Source: Candidatus Krumholzibacteriia bacterium (GTDB lineage Bacteria > Krumholzibacteriota > Krumholzibacteriia > WVZY01). From it: a DNA stretch of 22,304 bases. The translations under genes and the position numbers were made by a program. The notes under the pieces were generated by a model. The model searched no databases and was not told the origin of the DNA. It saw only the letters and a list, made by a program, of their open reading frames with translations. Of the stretch, positions 1 to 8,761 are shown piece by piece. Position 1 is the first letter of the stretch, and each line of letters begins with the position of its first letter. The stretch spans positions 1 through 22,304 of the forward strand of contig JAZGDW010000212.1 in assembly GCA_036478295.1 (NCBI GenBank), written 5' to 3'.

Positions 1-1299
1 GACCGGCTCTCGCTCGGGCGCGAAGGGGGGCACTCGGTAAACCGTATCGTGCATAGCAGCGATCTGACCGGCCAGGAGATGCAGAGCATTCTGCTCGAGC
101 GGGTCAGGGAACAACGCAATGTAGCGCTGTACGAAAACCACATGGCCGTTGGACTGGTGACAGCGCGCCACCTGTGTGATCCGGCCACCGATGCGCAGGC
201 GGTCTTCGGCGCGTACATCCTGGATGTGGACAACGAGGAGGTCGAGGCCTTCGCCGCCAAAAGGACCATCCTGTCGACGGGCGGAGCGGGCAAGGTGTAT
301 CTCTACACATCCAACCCCGACATCGCCACCGGCGACGGCATCGCGATGGCGTATCGAGCCGGTGCCCGCATCGCGAACCTCGAGTTCGTCCAGTTTCACC
401 CCACCTGTCTTTACCACCCGCAGTCGAAGTCATTTCTCCTGAGCGAGGCCCTTCGCGGTGAAGGGGGTCTCTTGAAACGGGAAGACGGGTACGCGTTCAT
501 GAAGGACTATCATCCCAAGAAGGACCTGGCTCCACGGGACGTTGTGGCGCGGGCGATCGACAGGGAGATGAAGACGACGGGCGCCAAGTGCGCCTATTTG
601 GATCTGACCCATGTGGACGCTGGACATCTGCGGCGTCGTTTTCCAAACATCTCGCGGCGGTGCCTGGAACTCGGCATCGACATCACGCGCGATCCCATTC
701 CCGTCGTCCCGGCCACCCATTACTTCTGTGGCGGCGTAGACGTGGACATGGCCGGACGAACGTCGCTGCCGAACCTGCTCGCGCTGGGCGAAGTGAGCCA
801 CACGGGGCTTCACGGCGCCAACCGGCTCGCGAGCAACTCGCTGCTGGAGGCGGTGGTCTACGTCGACCGCGCGGTGAAGATGCTGCAGGAGGATGAGGGC
901 CTCGTGCAGGAGACGGTCCGCGAGCCGATGCCGTGGCAGGAGGATCACACTGAAACGCTCAAGGAGCCAGTGATCCTCGACCACGACTGGGACGAGGCCC
1001 GCCGGGTCATGTGGGACTACGTGGGGATTGTGCGCAACGACGAGCGGCTGGACCTGGCCCGCCGGCGCATGCGCGAGCTGGAGTCAACCGTCGAGTCGCT
1101 GTACTGGAAATGCCGTCTGACTCAGGATCTTCTCGAGCTGAGGAATGTCGTCCTCGTCGGGCAGCTGGTCATCCGCTGCGCGCTGAAACGAAAGGAAAGC
1201 AGGGGATTGCACTATACGGAAAGCTATCCACAACGTGATGACGATGCGTTCGGGGGCGACACGGTCGTGACGCGCTCACAGGACGGCGAGGCGTTCTAG
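1..1299 (+). CDS. nadB: L-aspartate oxidase (5'-truncated by the window edge)
   Basis: Frame 1 is open from base 1 (DRLSLGREGGHSVNRIVHSSDLTG). Motifs match NadB: TGGAGKVYLYTSNPDIATGDG, EFVQFHPT, LLSEALRGEG, LAPRDVVARAI, HYFCGG, TGLHGANRLASNSLLE, ESRGLHY. Confidence 0.95.
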   Translation, partial: DRLSLGREGGHSVNRIVHSSDLTGQEMQSILLERVREQRNVALYENHMAVGLVTARHLCDPATDAQAVFGAYILDVDNEEVEAFAAKRTILSTGGAGKVYLYTSNPDIATGDGIAMAYRAGARIANLEFVQFHPTCLYHPQSKSFLLSEALRGEGGLLKREDGYAFMKDYHPKKDLAPRDVVARAIDREMKTTGAKCAYLDLTHVDAGHLRRRFPNISRRCLELGIDITRDPIPVVPATHYFCGGVDVDMAGRTSLPNLLALGEVSHTGLHGANRLASNSLLEAVVYVDRAVKMLQEDEGLVQETVREPMPWQEDHTETLKEPVILDHDWDEARRVMWDYVGIVRNDERLDLARRRMRELESTVESLYWKCRLTQDLLELRNVVLVGQLVIRCALKRKESRGLHYTESYPQRDDDAFGGDTVVTRSQDGEAF

Positions 1300-1307
1300 G
1301 AAACCGC

Positions 1308-2039
1308 ATGGAGTGGTACGAAGCCGCTTTTGACCGTTTGTACCCGGTCCTGTACAGCCACCGCGACTGTGCCGCGGCCGAGGCAGCGCTGGATTCGTTC
1401 GGCCACTATTTCGACGGGAGGTCCCCGGTTCTCGACCTTGCCTCGGGGGACGGCCGCTACCTGGAGGCGTTGCTGCGGCGGGAGGTCGAAGTCTACGGTC
1501 TCGATCTTTCGCACTACCTTCTCAGCCGGTCGGTCCGGGAGTGGGGGCACGGGGGCAGGGTGGTGCAGGGGGACATGCGCTATTTGCCGTTTCGGGACGG
1601 ATCGTTTGGCGGTGCACTCAATATGTTCACGAGTTTCGGCTATTTCTCCGTCGATACGGACAACCTGCTCGTTTTCAGAGAGGTCCATCGCGTACTACGG
1701 AAGAACGGCGTGTTTCTATTTGATTTTATCAACGCAGAAAAAATAGCGTCCGAACTGCTGGAGGAATCACACCGCGAGTCGGGCAGCTACGAGATTCACG
1801 AGAAGAGACGAATCGAAGAGCACGGGAAATACCTGGTAAAGCGCGCCGAAGTCACAAACAGGGACACGAACCACAAAGAAACGATTACGGAGCGCCTGCG
1901 ACTCTACACGCGGGCCGACCTGGTGATGATGTTCGAGAGCACGGGTCTGTCGCCACGCGACCTCTACGGAGACTACGCGGGAAACGAATTCGTGGATGGC
2001 GTCTCCGAGCGCGTAATCATCCTGTCGGTGAAGCGGTAA
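1308..2039 (+). CDS. Class I SAM-dependent methyltransferase; candidate bacillithiol N-methyltransferase (NmbA-like)
   Basis: Motif I VLDLASGDGRY, post-I GLDLS, QGDMR, NMFTSFGYF, LRKNGVFLFD, N-terminal W..F...Y..LYSHRD. Lies directly upstream of bshC. The methyltransferase call is firm; the substrate is inferred from context. Confidence 0.9.
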   Translation: MEWYEAAFDRLYPVLYSHRDCAAAEAALDSFGHYFDGRSPVLDLASGDGRYLEALLRREVEVYGLDLSHYLLSRSVREWGHGGRVVQGDMRYLPFRDGSFGGALNMFTSFGYFSVDTDNLLVFREVHRVLRKNGVFLFDFINAEKIASELLEESHRESGSYEIHEKRRIEEHGKYLVKRAEVTNRDTNHKETITERLRLYTRADLVMMFESTGLSPRDLYGDYAGNEFVDGVSERVIILSVKR

Positions 2040-2068
2040 GCGCCGGCAAGAACAGGCAGGAACTCAAC

Positions 2069-3703
2069 ATGCCCGCGATAATTGCAAGAGCGGACTGGGC
2101 CACAGTAGGGGACCCGTCGAGACTGTTTCTCGATTACATCGCGTCCCCGGGTGAGGGTCTCCCCACGTTCATCGGCGGCGTGAGCTCCAACGGGACATTT
2201 TGGGAGAGGGCGCTCGCCGGAGGCGAGAGCGCCGGGCGCGAGCGAGATGGCGCCGCATGGGAGCGGGTCGTCGACTCGGTCGCGAGTCTTAGCCTGCGGC
2301 TCGGCACACAAAAGGCCGTCGTCGACAAGCTACGCAAAGCAGGCACGGGTGACACGGCTTTTGTGATCACCGGCCAGCAACCGGGCACGCTGGGGGGACC
2401 ACTCCATACCGTCTACAAGGCCGCCACGGCGGTTGCGTTGGCGTCTTTCCTCGAGGGTGTGATCGGCCGCCCCGTGGTGCCGCTCTACTGGTGTGGGTCG
2501 GACGATACCGATTTCGGGGAAATCCGCCAGCTGCGGATGCTCACCGATACCTACGACCCCGTGTCGGCGGCGATCGCGCAGAGCGCGCACCGCAGCGGCA
2601 TGCCGGTCGGGGATATCTCGTTGTCACCCCTCACGACCCTGTGGCACGTTGTGCGCGGGTTCACCGACAGGTTCGATCACGGTGCGTACGTGGCGGCGCG
2701 CGTCGGTGCTGCGCTCGAAGCCGCCGAAGACCACGGAGAATCGGCGGCGGCGATCCTCGTCGGGTTTTTCAACGGCGCCTTGGCAGTGGTCGACGGGCGC
2801 ATGGGCTGCGTGCGAAAGTGCGCACAGTCTGTGCTGTCGGACTATGCGCGCGAAGAGGAAGAGGTCAACCAACTGGTGCGCCGGGAAGGCGAGCGCCTGG
2901 AGCACGGGGGGTACCACGCCCAGATTACGCCCGGTGGGGACTCCGGCGTCTTTCTGCTGGAGGGAGGGCTTCGCAAAAGCGTCTCTGCCGAAAACCGCGG
3001 TCTTCTTCTGGCCGCGATCGAGAACGACATCGAGAAGTGTTCGCCGGGAGTCGTGGCGCGCAACCTGGTGCAGGACCACGTCTTCAGACCGCTCGCCGTG
3101 GTGCTGGGGCCGGCCGAACTGGCCTACCGCGCCCAGATCGGGGCGCTGTACGACAAGTTCGGTGTCCCGCGTCCGGTAGAGCTTCCGCGCATGGGTGCGA
3201 CTTTTCTGCCGCCGCCCCTGGCAGCTCTCGCCGCGGATCGTGGGGAGGTCTCCGGGTTGGTGGAGAACCCCGTGGCGTACGCGAAGACCGTTTACCAGCG
3301 GAGCGTTCCCTCCGATCTCGTCGCGGCGGTCGCCGAGCTCAAGACCGGTCTCTCCGACCTGTTGGAGAGATTCGCCGAGCGGGCCCTCGGCGATCTGCCT
3401 GAAAAATCGCAGCAGAAGATTCGTGCGCGCCTGGGCGAACTGGAGGACCGCCAGGAAAAGCTCGCCCAGACGGCGGCAGGTGCGGGCAAGGTGATGGCGC
3501 TCGAGCAATGGCCGTTTCTGGGACATATCCAACAACTGATCAAACCCGACGGCAAACCGCAGGAGCGATGGCTCGCCGGCTTGTTTCCGTTTCTCTACAG
3601 CGGTGACGGGACGGGCGATCGTCTGGTCGTGCTCGCGAGGACGCACGTAGACGAACTGATGGACGGGCATGCGCAGCATATAGTATATTCATGCGGGCCA
3701 TGA
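2069..3703 (+). CDS. bshC: Bacillithiol biosynthesis cysteine-adding enzyme BshC
   Basis: 544 aa with VITGQQPG.LGGPL..YKA, YW..SDD.DF.EI, SPGVVAR..QD, GPAELAY.AQ, PRMG, a coiled-coil region and C-terminal PQER. Adjacent to bshB1 and bshA. Confidence 0.9.
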   Translation: MPAIIARADWATVGDPSRLFLDYIASPGEGLPTFIGGVSSNGTFWERALAGGESAGRERDGAAWERVVDSVASLSLRLGTQKAVVDKLRKAGTGDTAFVITGQQPGTLGGPLHTVYKAATAVALASFLEGVIGRPVVPLYWCGSDDTDFGEIRQLRMLTDTYDPVSAAIAQSAHRSGMPVGDISLSPLTTLWHVVRGFTDRFDHGAYVAARVGAALEAAEDHGESAAAILVGFFNGALAVVDGRMGCVRKCAQSVLSDYAREEEEVNQLVRREGERLEHGGYHAQITPGGDSGVFLLEGGLRKSVSAENRGLLLAAIENDIEKCSPGVVARNLVQDHVFRPLAVVLGPAELAYRAQIGALYDKFGVPRPVELPRMGATFLPPPLAALAADRGEVSGLVENPVAYAKTVYQRSVPSDLVAAVAELKTGLSDLLERFAERALGDLPEKSQQKIRARLGELEDRQEKLAQTAAGAGKVMALEQWPFLGHIQQLIKPDGKPQERWLAGLFPFLYSGDGTGDRLVVLARTHVDELMDGHAQHIVYSCGP

Positions 3704-4398
3704 ACATTCTCGCCTTCGGCATCCATCCCGACGACGTCGAGCTCGGCTGCGGCGGCACCGTCGTGCTGGCCGCCCGCCAGGGGCACGGCGTCGTTGTTGT
3801 CGACCTGTCCGACGGAGCCGCCGCGAGCAATGGCACGCCAGAAATCCGCGCGAAGGAGGCCGCCCGTGCAGCCGAGATCATGGGGATCGGCCGCAGGGTG
3901 AACCTCGGTTTGCCCGATGGAGCGATTCAGAGTGAGAACACGGACTATTTAAAAGCCGTTGTGCGTGCGATCCGCGAGGCGAGGCCGGATCTGGTGCTCG
4001 CGCCTTCCGGAGACGATCCCCACCCTGACCATGCCGCGGGCGCAACGCTGGTCGAGAGGGCGCTGTACCTGGCCGGCGTGCACGGTTACGAAGCACAACA
4101 AGAAGCGTGGTCAGTCAGGAATGTCCTCGTCTACCCCGGCCGCAACGAGCTCGAGCCGAACGTCGTCGTGGACATTTCGTCGTGCTGGGACACAAAGGTC
4201 GAAGCGATTCGCGCCCACGAATCGCAGTTCGTCGCGGGGCCCGGTCGCAAGCCGACGCCGCTGAACGCGCCGGACTTTCTGGCGGTTATGGAGGCTCGCA
4301 GCCGGGTTTTCGGCCAAAAAATCCGGGTTCCCCACGGGGAGCCCTTCCGGTCACCGCGTCCGATCGCGCTGCAGGACCTGGCGGTTTTCGGAGCCTGA
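3700..4398 (+). CDS. bshB1: N-acetyl-alpha-D-glucosaminyl L-malate deacetylase (PIG-L/LmbE family)
   Basis: HPDDVELGCGG, R..EA..AA.IMG, DPHPDH, VVDIS..WDTK..AI.AHESQF. Start placed at ATG 3700, which overlaps the bshC stop (ATGA). Confidence 0.92.
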   Translation: MNILAFGIHPDDVELGCGGTVVLAARQGHGVVVVDLSDGAAASNGTPEIRAKEAARAAEIMGIGRRVNLGLPDGAIQSENTDYLKAVVRAIREARPDLVLAPSGDDPHPDHAAGATLVERALYLAGVHGYEAQQEAWSVRNVLVYPGRNELEPNVVVDISSCWDTKVEAIRAHESQFVAGPGRKPTPLNAPDFLAVMEARSRVFGQKIRVPHGEPFRSPRPIALQDLAVFGA

Positions 4399-4425
4399 GT
4401 TCTCGCCCATCTCCATGGAAACCCA

Positions 4426-5559
4426 ATGAAGAAAGCGAATATTGGCATCGTGTGCTATCCGACTCCCGGCGGCAGCGGTGTGGTGGCGACCGAGTTGGGC
4501 AAGTCGCTCGCCGGCCTCGGCCACAAAGTGCATTTCATTACCTACGGGCTGCCCGCGCGGCTGAATCACTTCGACGAAAACCTCTACTTTCACAAAGTCG
4601 CCCCGGGAGATTACCCCCTATTCCAGCAATTCACACCGTACTCGCTAAGCCTTGCCGCCAAGATCCGCGAGGTGGCGGTGAAGTACTCCCTGGACGTTGT
4701 GCATTCGCACTACGCCGTCCCGTACGCGACTTGTGCGTACCTCGCTAAGGAAATGCTGCGGAGTTGCGGTCAGGATTTGAAGACTATCACCACACTGCAC
4801 GGCACCGATATCACGCTGGTTGGGGTGATGCCGTCGTTCTACGAGATAACGCGCTTCAGCATCACCAAGAGTGACGCGATCACCGCCGTGTCCGATTTTC
4901 TGAGACAGGAGACCGTCCGCGCGTTCAAGACGGACAAGCCGATCCACGTGATCCATAATTTTGTCGACTGCAATGAATTCCGGCCCAATGCGAACAGTGC
5001 CATCCGTGAGCAGTACGCGCGGCCGGAAGAGAAGCTGATCGTTCATGTGTCGAACTTTCGTAAAGTCAAGAACATACCAACGATAATTGATGTATTGTCT
5101 GAAGTGAAAAACCATGTGCCCTGTCGCCTGCTCCTCATCGGCGACGGCCCGGAGTTCGAGGTGGTCGAGCGCATCGTGGTCGAACGCGGGCTGCAGGCGC
5201 ACGTGAGCTTTCTCGGTGATCAGGAGTTCATCGCGGACCTTCTGCCTGTGGGGGACGTGTTTTTGCTGCCCAGCGAACATGAGAGCTTCGGCCTGGCGGC
5301 GCTCGAGGCGATGAGCTGTGGCGTGCCTGCCGTGACATCGAACATCGGCGGTCTGGGAGAAGTGATCCAGGACGGCGAGACGGGTTTTCTGCTCGATCCG
5401 CACGACGTGGCGGGAATGAGCTCGATCATCGTACGGTTGTTCCAGGACGACGACTGGCGTCAGAGTATAGGTCTCAAGGCCCGTGAGCGAGCGAGAAAGG
5501 ACTTTGGCAGGGACAAGATCGTGGGGGACTATCTGCGACTCTACGAGGACGTCATCTGA
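4426..5559 (+). CDS. bshA: N-acetyl-alpha-D-glucosaminyl L-malate synthase (GT4 glycosyltransferase)
   Basis: IGIVCYPT.GGSGVVATELG, H.HYAVP, TTLHGTDITLVG, HVSNFRKVK, LPSE.ESFGLAALEAM are all characteristic of BshA. Confidence 0.96.
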   Translation: MKKANIGIVCYPTPGGSGVVATELGKSLAGLGHKVHFITYGLPARLNHFDENLYFHKVAPGDYPLFQQFTPYSLSLAAKIREVAVKYSLDVVHSHYAVPYATCAYLAKEMLRSCGQDLKTITTLHGTDITLVGVMPSFYEITRFSITKSDAITAVSDFLRQETVRAFKTDKPIHVIHNFVDCNEFRPNANSAIREQYARPEEKLIVHVSNFRKVKNIPTIIDVLSEVKNHVPCRLLLIGDGPEFEVVERIVVERGLQAHVSFLGDQEFIADLLPVGDVFLLPSEHESFGLAALEAMSCGVPAVTSNIGGLGEVIQDGETGFLLDPHDVAGMSSIIVRLFQDDDWRQSIGLKARERARKDFGRDKIVGDYLRLYEDVI

Positions 5560-5568
5560 GGAAGCGAC

Positions 5569-5937
5569 ATGGATCGAGAAGCCAATTTCTGGGAAGTCGT
5601 AGACAATATTCGCGCCAAGGACCCGCGGCTCAAACCCCAGGTGTATCCATTCGTCATGGAGACTCTGGATTTTACGATGCAGGCTCTCGGCAAGCGGCGG
5701 CACGTCAGCGCGGAGGAGCTGCTCGACGGCTTCTGCGGGTACGCGCGCCATCGATTCGGACTGCTCGCCGGGACCGTGCTGACGAGCTGGGGGGTTTCGT
5801 CGAGTCGTGACGTGGGCCGCGCCGTCTTCCAGCTCGTCGACGCGCAGATCCTTTCCAAACGTGACAGTGATCAGCCGGAGGATTTCGAGATTGACTACGA
5901 CCTCACCGCGCGGCTGGAGGATACTTACCTCGAGTGA
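5569..5937 (+). CDS. Conserved hypothetical protein, Minf_1886-like (Planctomycetes/Verrucomicrobia-type) family
   Basis: 122 aa with DPR...Y.FV.E.L, RHVS..ELL.G...YA...FGLLA..VL..WGV....DVG..VF.LV....L.K...D..EDF pattern. RBS GAGGAAG; starts 9 bp after the bshA stop. Confidence 0.8.
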   Translation: MDREANFWEVVDNIRAKDPRLKPQVYPFVMETLDFTMQALGKRRHVSAEELLDGFCGYARHRFGLLAGTVLTSWGVSSSRDVGRAVFQLVDAQILSKRDSDQPEDFEIDYDLTARLEDTYLE

Positions 5938-5949
5938 CCCGCGAGCCCC

Positions 5950-6294
5950 CTAGCCGGGCGGCCACTGAAACATCCGACCCCCAAGCAGGTGTGCGTGGAT
6001 ATGAAAAACGGACTGGCCGGCTCCCGCCATGCAGTTCATGACCGTCCGGTAACCCTCGTCGGCGATTTTGCGCCGGGCCGCCAGTACCTTCGCGCAAACC
6101 AGCATCTTGCCCAGCAACGCCTCGTCGGCCGATGACACATCGTTGAGTGTCGCGATATGTTTTTTGGGTACGATCAGAATGTGGACCGGCGCCACGGGAT
6201 TGATGTCGTCGAACGCGAGCAGATCGTCGTTTTCGTAGACTTTCTCCGTGGGGATTTCGCCATCGACAATCTTGCAGAAGATACAATCCGGCAT
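5950..6294 (-). CDS. Histidine triad (HIT/HinT-type) nucleotide-binding protein
   Basis: MPDCIFCKIV.GEIP, AF.DINP.AP.H.LIVPK.H, GQSVFHIHAHLLGGR...WPPG. Start set at ATG 6294, which follows a strong GAGGAGG RBS. Confidence 0.95.
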   Translation of the reverse strand: MPDCIFCKIVDGEIPTEKVYENDDLLAFDDINPVAPVHILIVPKKHIATLNDVSSADEALLGKMLVCAKVLAARRKIADEGYRTVMNCMAGAGQSVFHIHAHLLGGRMFQWPPG

Positions 6295-6328
6295 TTTCGA
6301 CCCCCTCCTCGCTATGTGGAATTCGTGC

Positions 6329-6358
6329 AGTATACCAGACCGTAGTTCCCCGGTGGAA
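6329..6358 (-). promoter_or_regulatory. Putative extended -10 sigma-70 promoter of the HIT gene
   Basis: Minus strand reads TTCCAC-N18-TATACT with TGG immediately before the -10 (TGn motif), about 35 bp upstream of the ATG. Confidence 0.45.
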
Positions 6359-6417
6359 AGCATAAAACCCGTGCCGGCGAATGCCGCCGCCGGGGGCCCG
6401 CGCACCCGCGCGGGAGA

Positions 6418-6449
6418 TTTTTTGCCAGCGAATACGGGCGGGCAAAAAA
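6418..6449. promoter_or_regulatory. Perfect 9-bp inverted repeat; putative enhancer (UAS) for a sigma-54 activator
   Basis: TTTTTTGCC(6418-6426)-N14-GGCAAAAAA(6441-6449), 80-110 bp upstream of the -24 element. Confidence 0.45.
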
Positions 6450-6527
6450 AGTGAAAGTTTTTGTTGACGGGCACAGTCCCTAGACGGTGAAATCATTGGA
6501 GTTACCCGCCCTGGCGGTGGGCTACCC

Positions 6528-6544
6528 TTGGTATGTTTTTTGCG
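6528..6544 (+). promoter_or_regulatory. Putative sigma-54 (-24/-12) promoter of the prkA operon
   Basis: TTGGTATGTTTTTTGCG: GG(6530-31)-N10-GC(6542-43), matching YTGGYAYR-N4-TTGC. Confidence 0.7.
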
Positions 6545-6686
6545 AGATTGGCAAGGGCGGTCCGGCACCGGCAAGTGTTCGTCCGATGCGCTAACACTGG
6601 CGTGGGCAGAGGGGAAACACTATATTTTTTAGTGGGGAAGACGGTAACCAAACGTTACTTTCACACCACCCTGTTGAGGAGGATAC

Positions 6687-8738
6687 ATGTTAGGGGCCAA
6701 GGATATAATTTCCCTCATCGAGAGCAAACAGGACGTCGCGGAGTTCCAGGAACTGAACTGGAAAGGATCGTTTGAAGAATACCTGAATATCGTCATCTCC
6801 GAACCCCGTGTGGTCCGTTCGGCGTTCCAGAGGATCTACGACATGATTCTTTCCCACGGCATCGAAGAGTACACAGAACACAAGCGAAAGATTATCAAAT
6901 ACAAGTTCTTTGGGGATATTGGGACGGGGGGGGTCGATGCCGTCTACGGTCTGGAGATATCGCTGATGAAGATGGTGAACATCTTCAAGGCGGCCGCCCA
7001 GCGCTACGGCACCGAGAAACGAATCCTGCTGCTCCATGGCCCGGTGGGCAGCGCCAAGAGCACCGTCGTTCGCCTGCTGAAAAAAGGAATCGAGCAATAC
7101 TCGAGAACACCGGAGGGGAGGCTCTTCACCTTCGGCTGGCGGGATGAGAAGTCGGAGGACGGCGAGTTCGCAATTTGCCCGATGCACGAGGATCCGCTCC
7201 ACCTGATACCGGAAGATTTCCGGATAGAGGTGGCGGCCAAGATCAACGGGGCCATCGGGGAGGAGGGCCCCGAAGTCCGCATCGAAGGTGAGTTGTGCCC
7301 GTCGTGCCGCTTCCAGTTTTCGGAACTGCTGCGGGGCTATGACGGCAACTGGCTGCAGGTGATGGACCACGTGCAGGTGCGGCGGTTCGTGTTGTCGGAG
7401 AAAGACCGCGTCGGGATCGGGACCTTTCAGCCGAAGGACGAGAAGAACCAGGATTCGACGGAGCTGACCGGTGACCTGAACTACCGGAAGATCGCGGAAT
7501 ACGGGAGCGATTCCGACCCCCGGGCGTTCAACTTCGACGGCGAGTTCAACATCGCCAACCGTGGATTGATCGAGTTCATCGAGGTTCTGAAGCTCGACGT
7601 AGCGTTTCTCTACGACCTGCTGGGTGCCTCGCAGGAACACAAAATAAAACCCAAGAAGTTCTCGCAAACGGATATCGACGAGGTCATCATCGGGCACACC
7701 AACGAACCGGAGTACCGCAAGCTGCAGAACAACGAATTCATGGAGGCCCTGAGGGACCGGACGGTCAAGATCGATATTCCCTACAACACGCGGCTCAAAG
7801 ACGAAGTCAAGATCTACGAGCGTGATTTCAACCCCTCGCGTATCACCGGCAAGCACATCGCTCCACACACCCTCGAGATGGCGGCGATGTGGGCTGTGCT
7901 AACGCGCCTGGAGGAGCCCAAGAAGGCGTCGCTCAATATCATGCAGAAGATGAAGCTGTACAACGGCCAGACGCTGCCCGGTTTTACCGAGGACAACATC
8001 AAAGAACTCCGCAACGAGGCGGTCCGGGAGGGGATGGAGGGTATCTCTCCCCGCTACATTCAGGACAAAATATCGAACGCGCTGGTGGATGAGGAAGCGG
8101 AGGGGTGCATCAACCCCTTCATGGTGATGCACGAACTCGAGGCGGGGCTCAAGCATCACTCGCTTGTTACCTCGGAAGATGTGCGCAAGCGTTACCGGGA
8201 GCTCCTGAGCTTTGCCAAGGACGAGTACGAAGACCTCGTCAAGAATGAAGTGCAAAGGGCCATCTCGGCAGACGAAGAGTTGATCAAGAAACTCTGCGCG
8301 AACTACGTCGACAATATCAAGGCCTACACGCAGAAGGAAAAAGTAAAGAACAAATATACCGGCGAGGACGAGGAACCGGATGAAAGATTGATGCGCTCGA
8401 TCGAAGAAAAGATCGGCATCCCGGAGAATCGCAAGGACGACTTCAGAAGGGAAATCATGAATTATATCGGCGCCCTCGCCGTCGAGGGCAAAACCTTCGA
8501 TTACCGGACGAACTCCCGCCTGCAGAAGGCTCTGGAGTTGAAACTGTTCGAGGATCAGAAGGACTCAATCAAGCTCACCAATCTGGTGTCGAGCGTGATC
8601 GACAAGGATACGCAGGAGAAGATCGATGTAGTGAAACAGCGCCTCATCCGAAACCAGGGTTACTGCGACGTGTGCGCCACTGACGTCCTGAATTTCGTGG
8701 CGAGCATCTTCGCGCGCGGCGATACAAAACAGGCGTAG
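6687..8738 (+). CDS. prkA: PrkA/YeaG family AAA+ ATPase (annotated as serine protein kinase)
   Basis: 683 aa with Walker [91 protein letters not shown]. Confidence 0.96.
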   Translation: MLGAKDIISLIESKQDVAEFQELNWKGSFEEYLNIVISEPRVVRSAFQRIYDMILSHGIEEYTEHKRKIIKYKFFGDIGTGGVDAVYGLEISLMKMVNIFKAAAQRYGTEKRILLLHGPVGSAKSTVVRLLKKGIEQYSRTPEGRLFTFGWRDEKSEDGEFAICPMHEDPLHLIPEDFRIEVAAKINGAIGEEGPEVRIEGELCPSCRFQFSELLRGYDGNWLQVMDHVQVRRFVLSEKDRVGIGTFQPKDEKNQDSTELTGDLNYRKIAEYGSDSDPRAFNFDGEFNIANRGLIEFIEVLKLDVAFLYDLLGASQEHKIKPKKFSQTDIDEVIIGHTNEPEYRKLQNNEFMEALRDRTVKIDIPYNTRLKDEVKIYERDFNPSRITGKHIAPHTLEMAAMWAVLTRLEEPKKASLNIMQKMKLYNGQTLPGFTEDNIKELRNEAVREGMEGISPRYIQDKISNALVDEEAEGCINPFMVMHELEAGLKHHSLVTSEDVRKRYRELLSFAKDEYEDLVKNEVQRAISADEELIKKLCANYVDNIKAYTQKEKVKNKYTGEDEEPDERLMRSIEEKIGIPENRKDDFRREIMNYIGALAVEGKTFDYRTNSRLQKALELKLFEDQKDSIKLTNLVSSVIDKDTQEKIDVVKQRLIRNQGYCDVCATDVLNFVASIFARGDTKQA

Positions 8739-8761
8739 CGCCGTTCCAAGGAGGCACCAGC

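Noticed and set aside
6418..6449. Bidirectional intrinsic terminator
   Set aside because: The T-run precedes and the A-run follows the stem on both strands, the GC stem is short, and it sits between divergent genes.
6295..6474. 60-aa N-terminal extension of the HIT protein
   Set aside because: The family N-terminus (MPDCIFCKI) and a strong RBS define the start at 6294. The extension runs through promoter DNA.
6490..6504. IHF-like site AAATCATTGGAGTTA between the enhancer-like repeat and the sigma-54 promoter
   Set aside because: The position is suggestive, but it has a core mismatch and a spacer one base too long relative to WATCAA-N4-TTR, so it is too weak to call.
6644..6658. NtcA-type GTA-N8-TAC site
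   Set aside because: The spacing is N9, not N8. Kept only as an unexplained dyad.
6533..6775. 80-aa ORF upstream of prkA as a leader peptide
   Set aside because: Its ATG lies inside the predicted sigma-54 promoter, it has no RBS, and it overlaps prkA out of frame.
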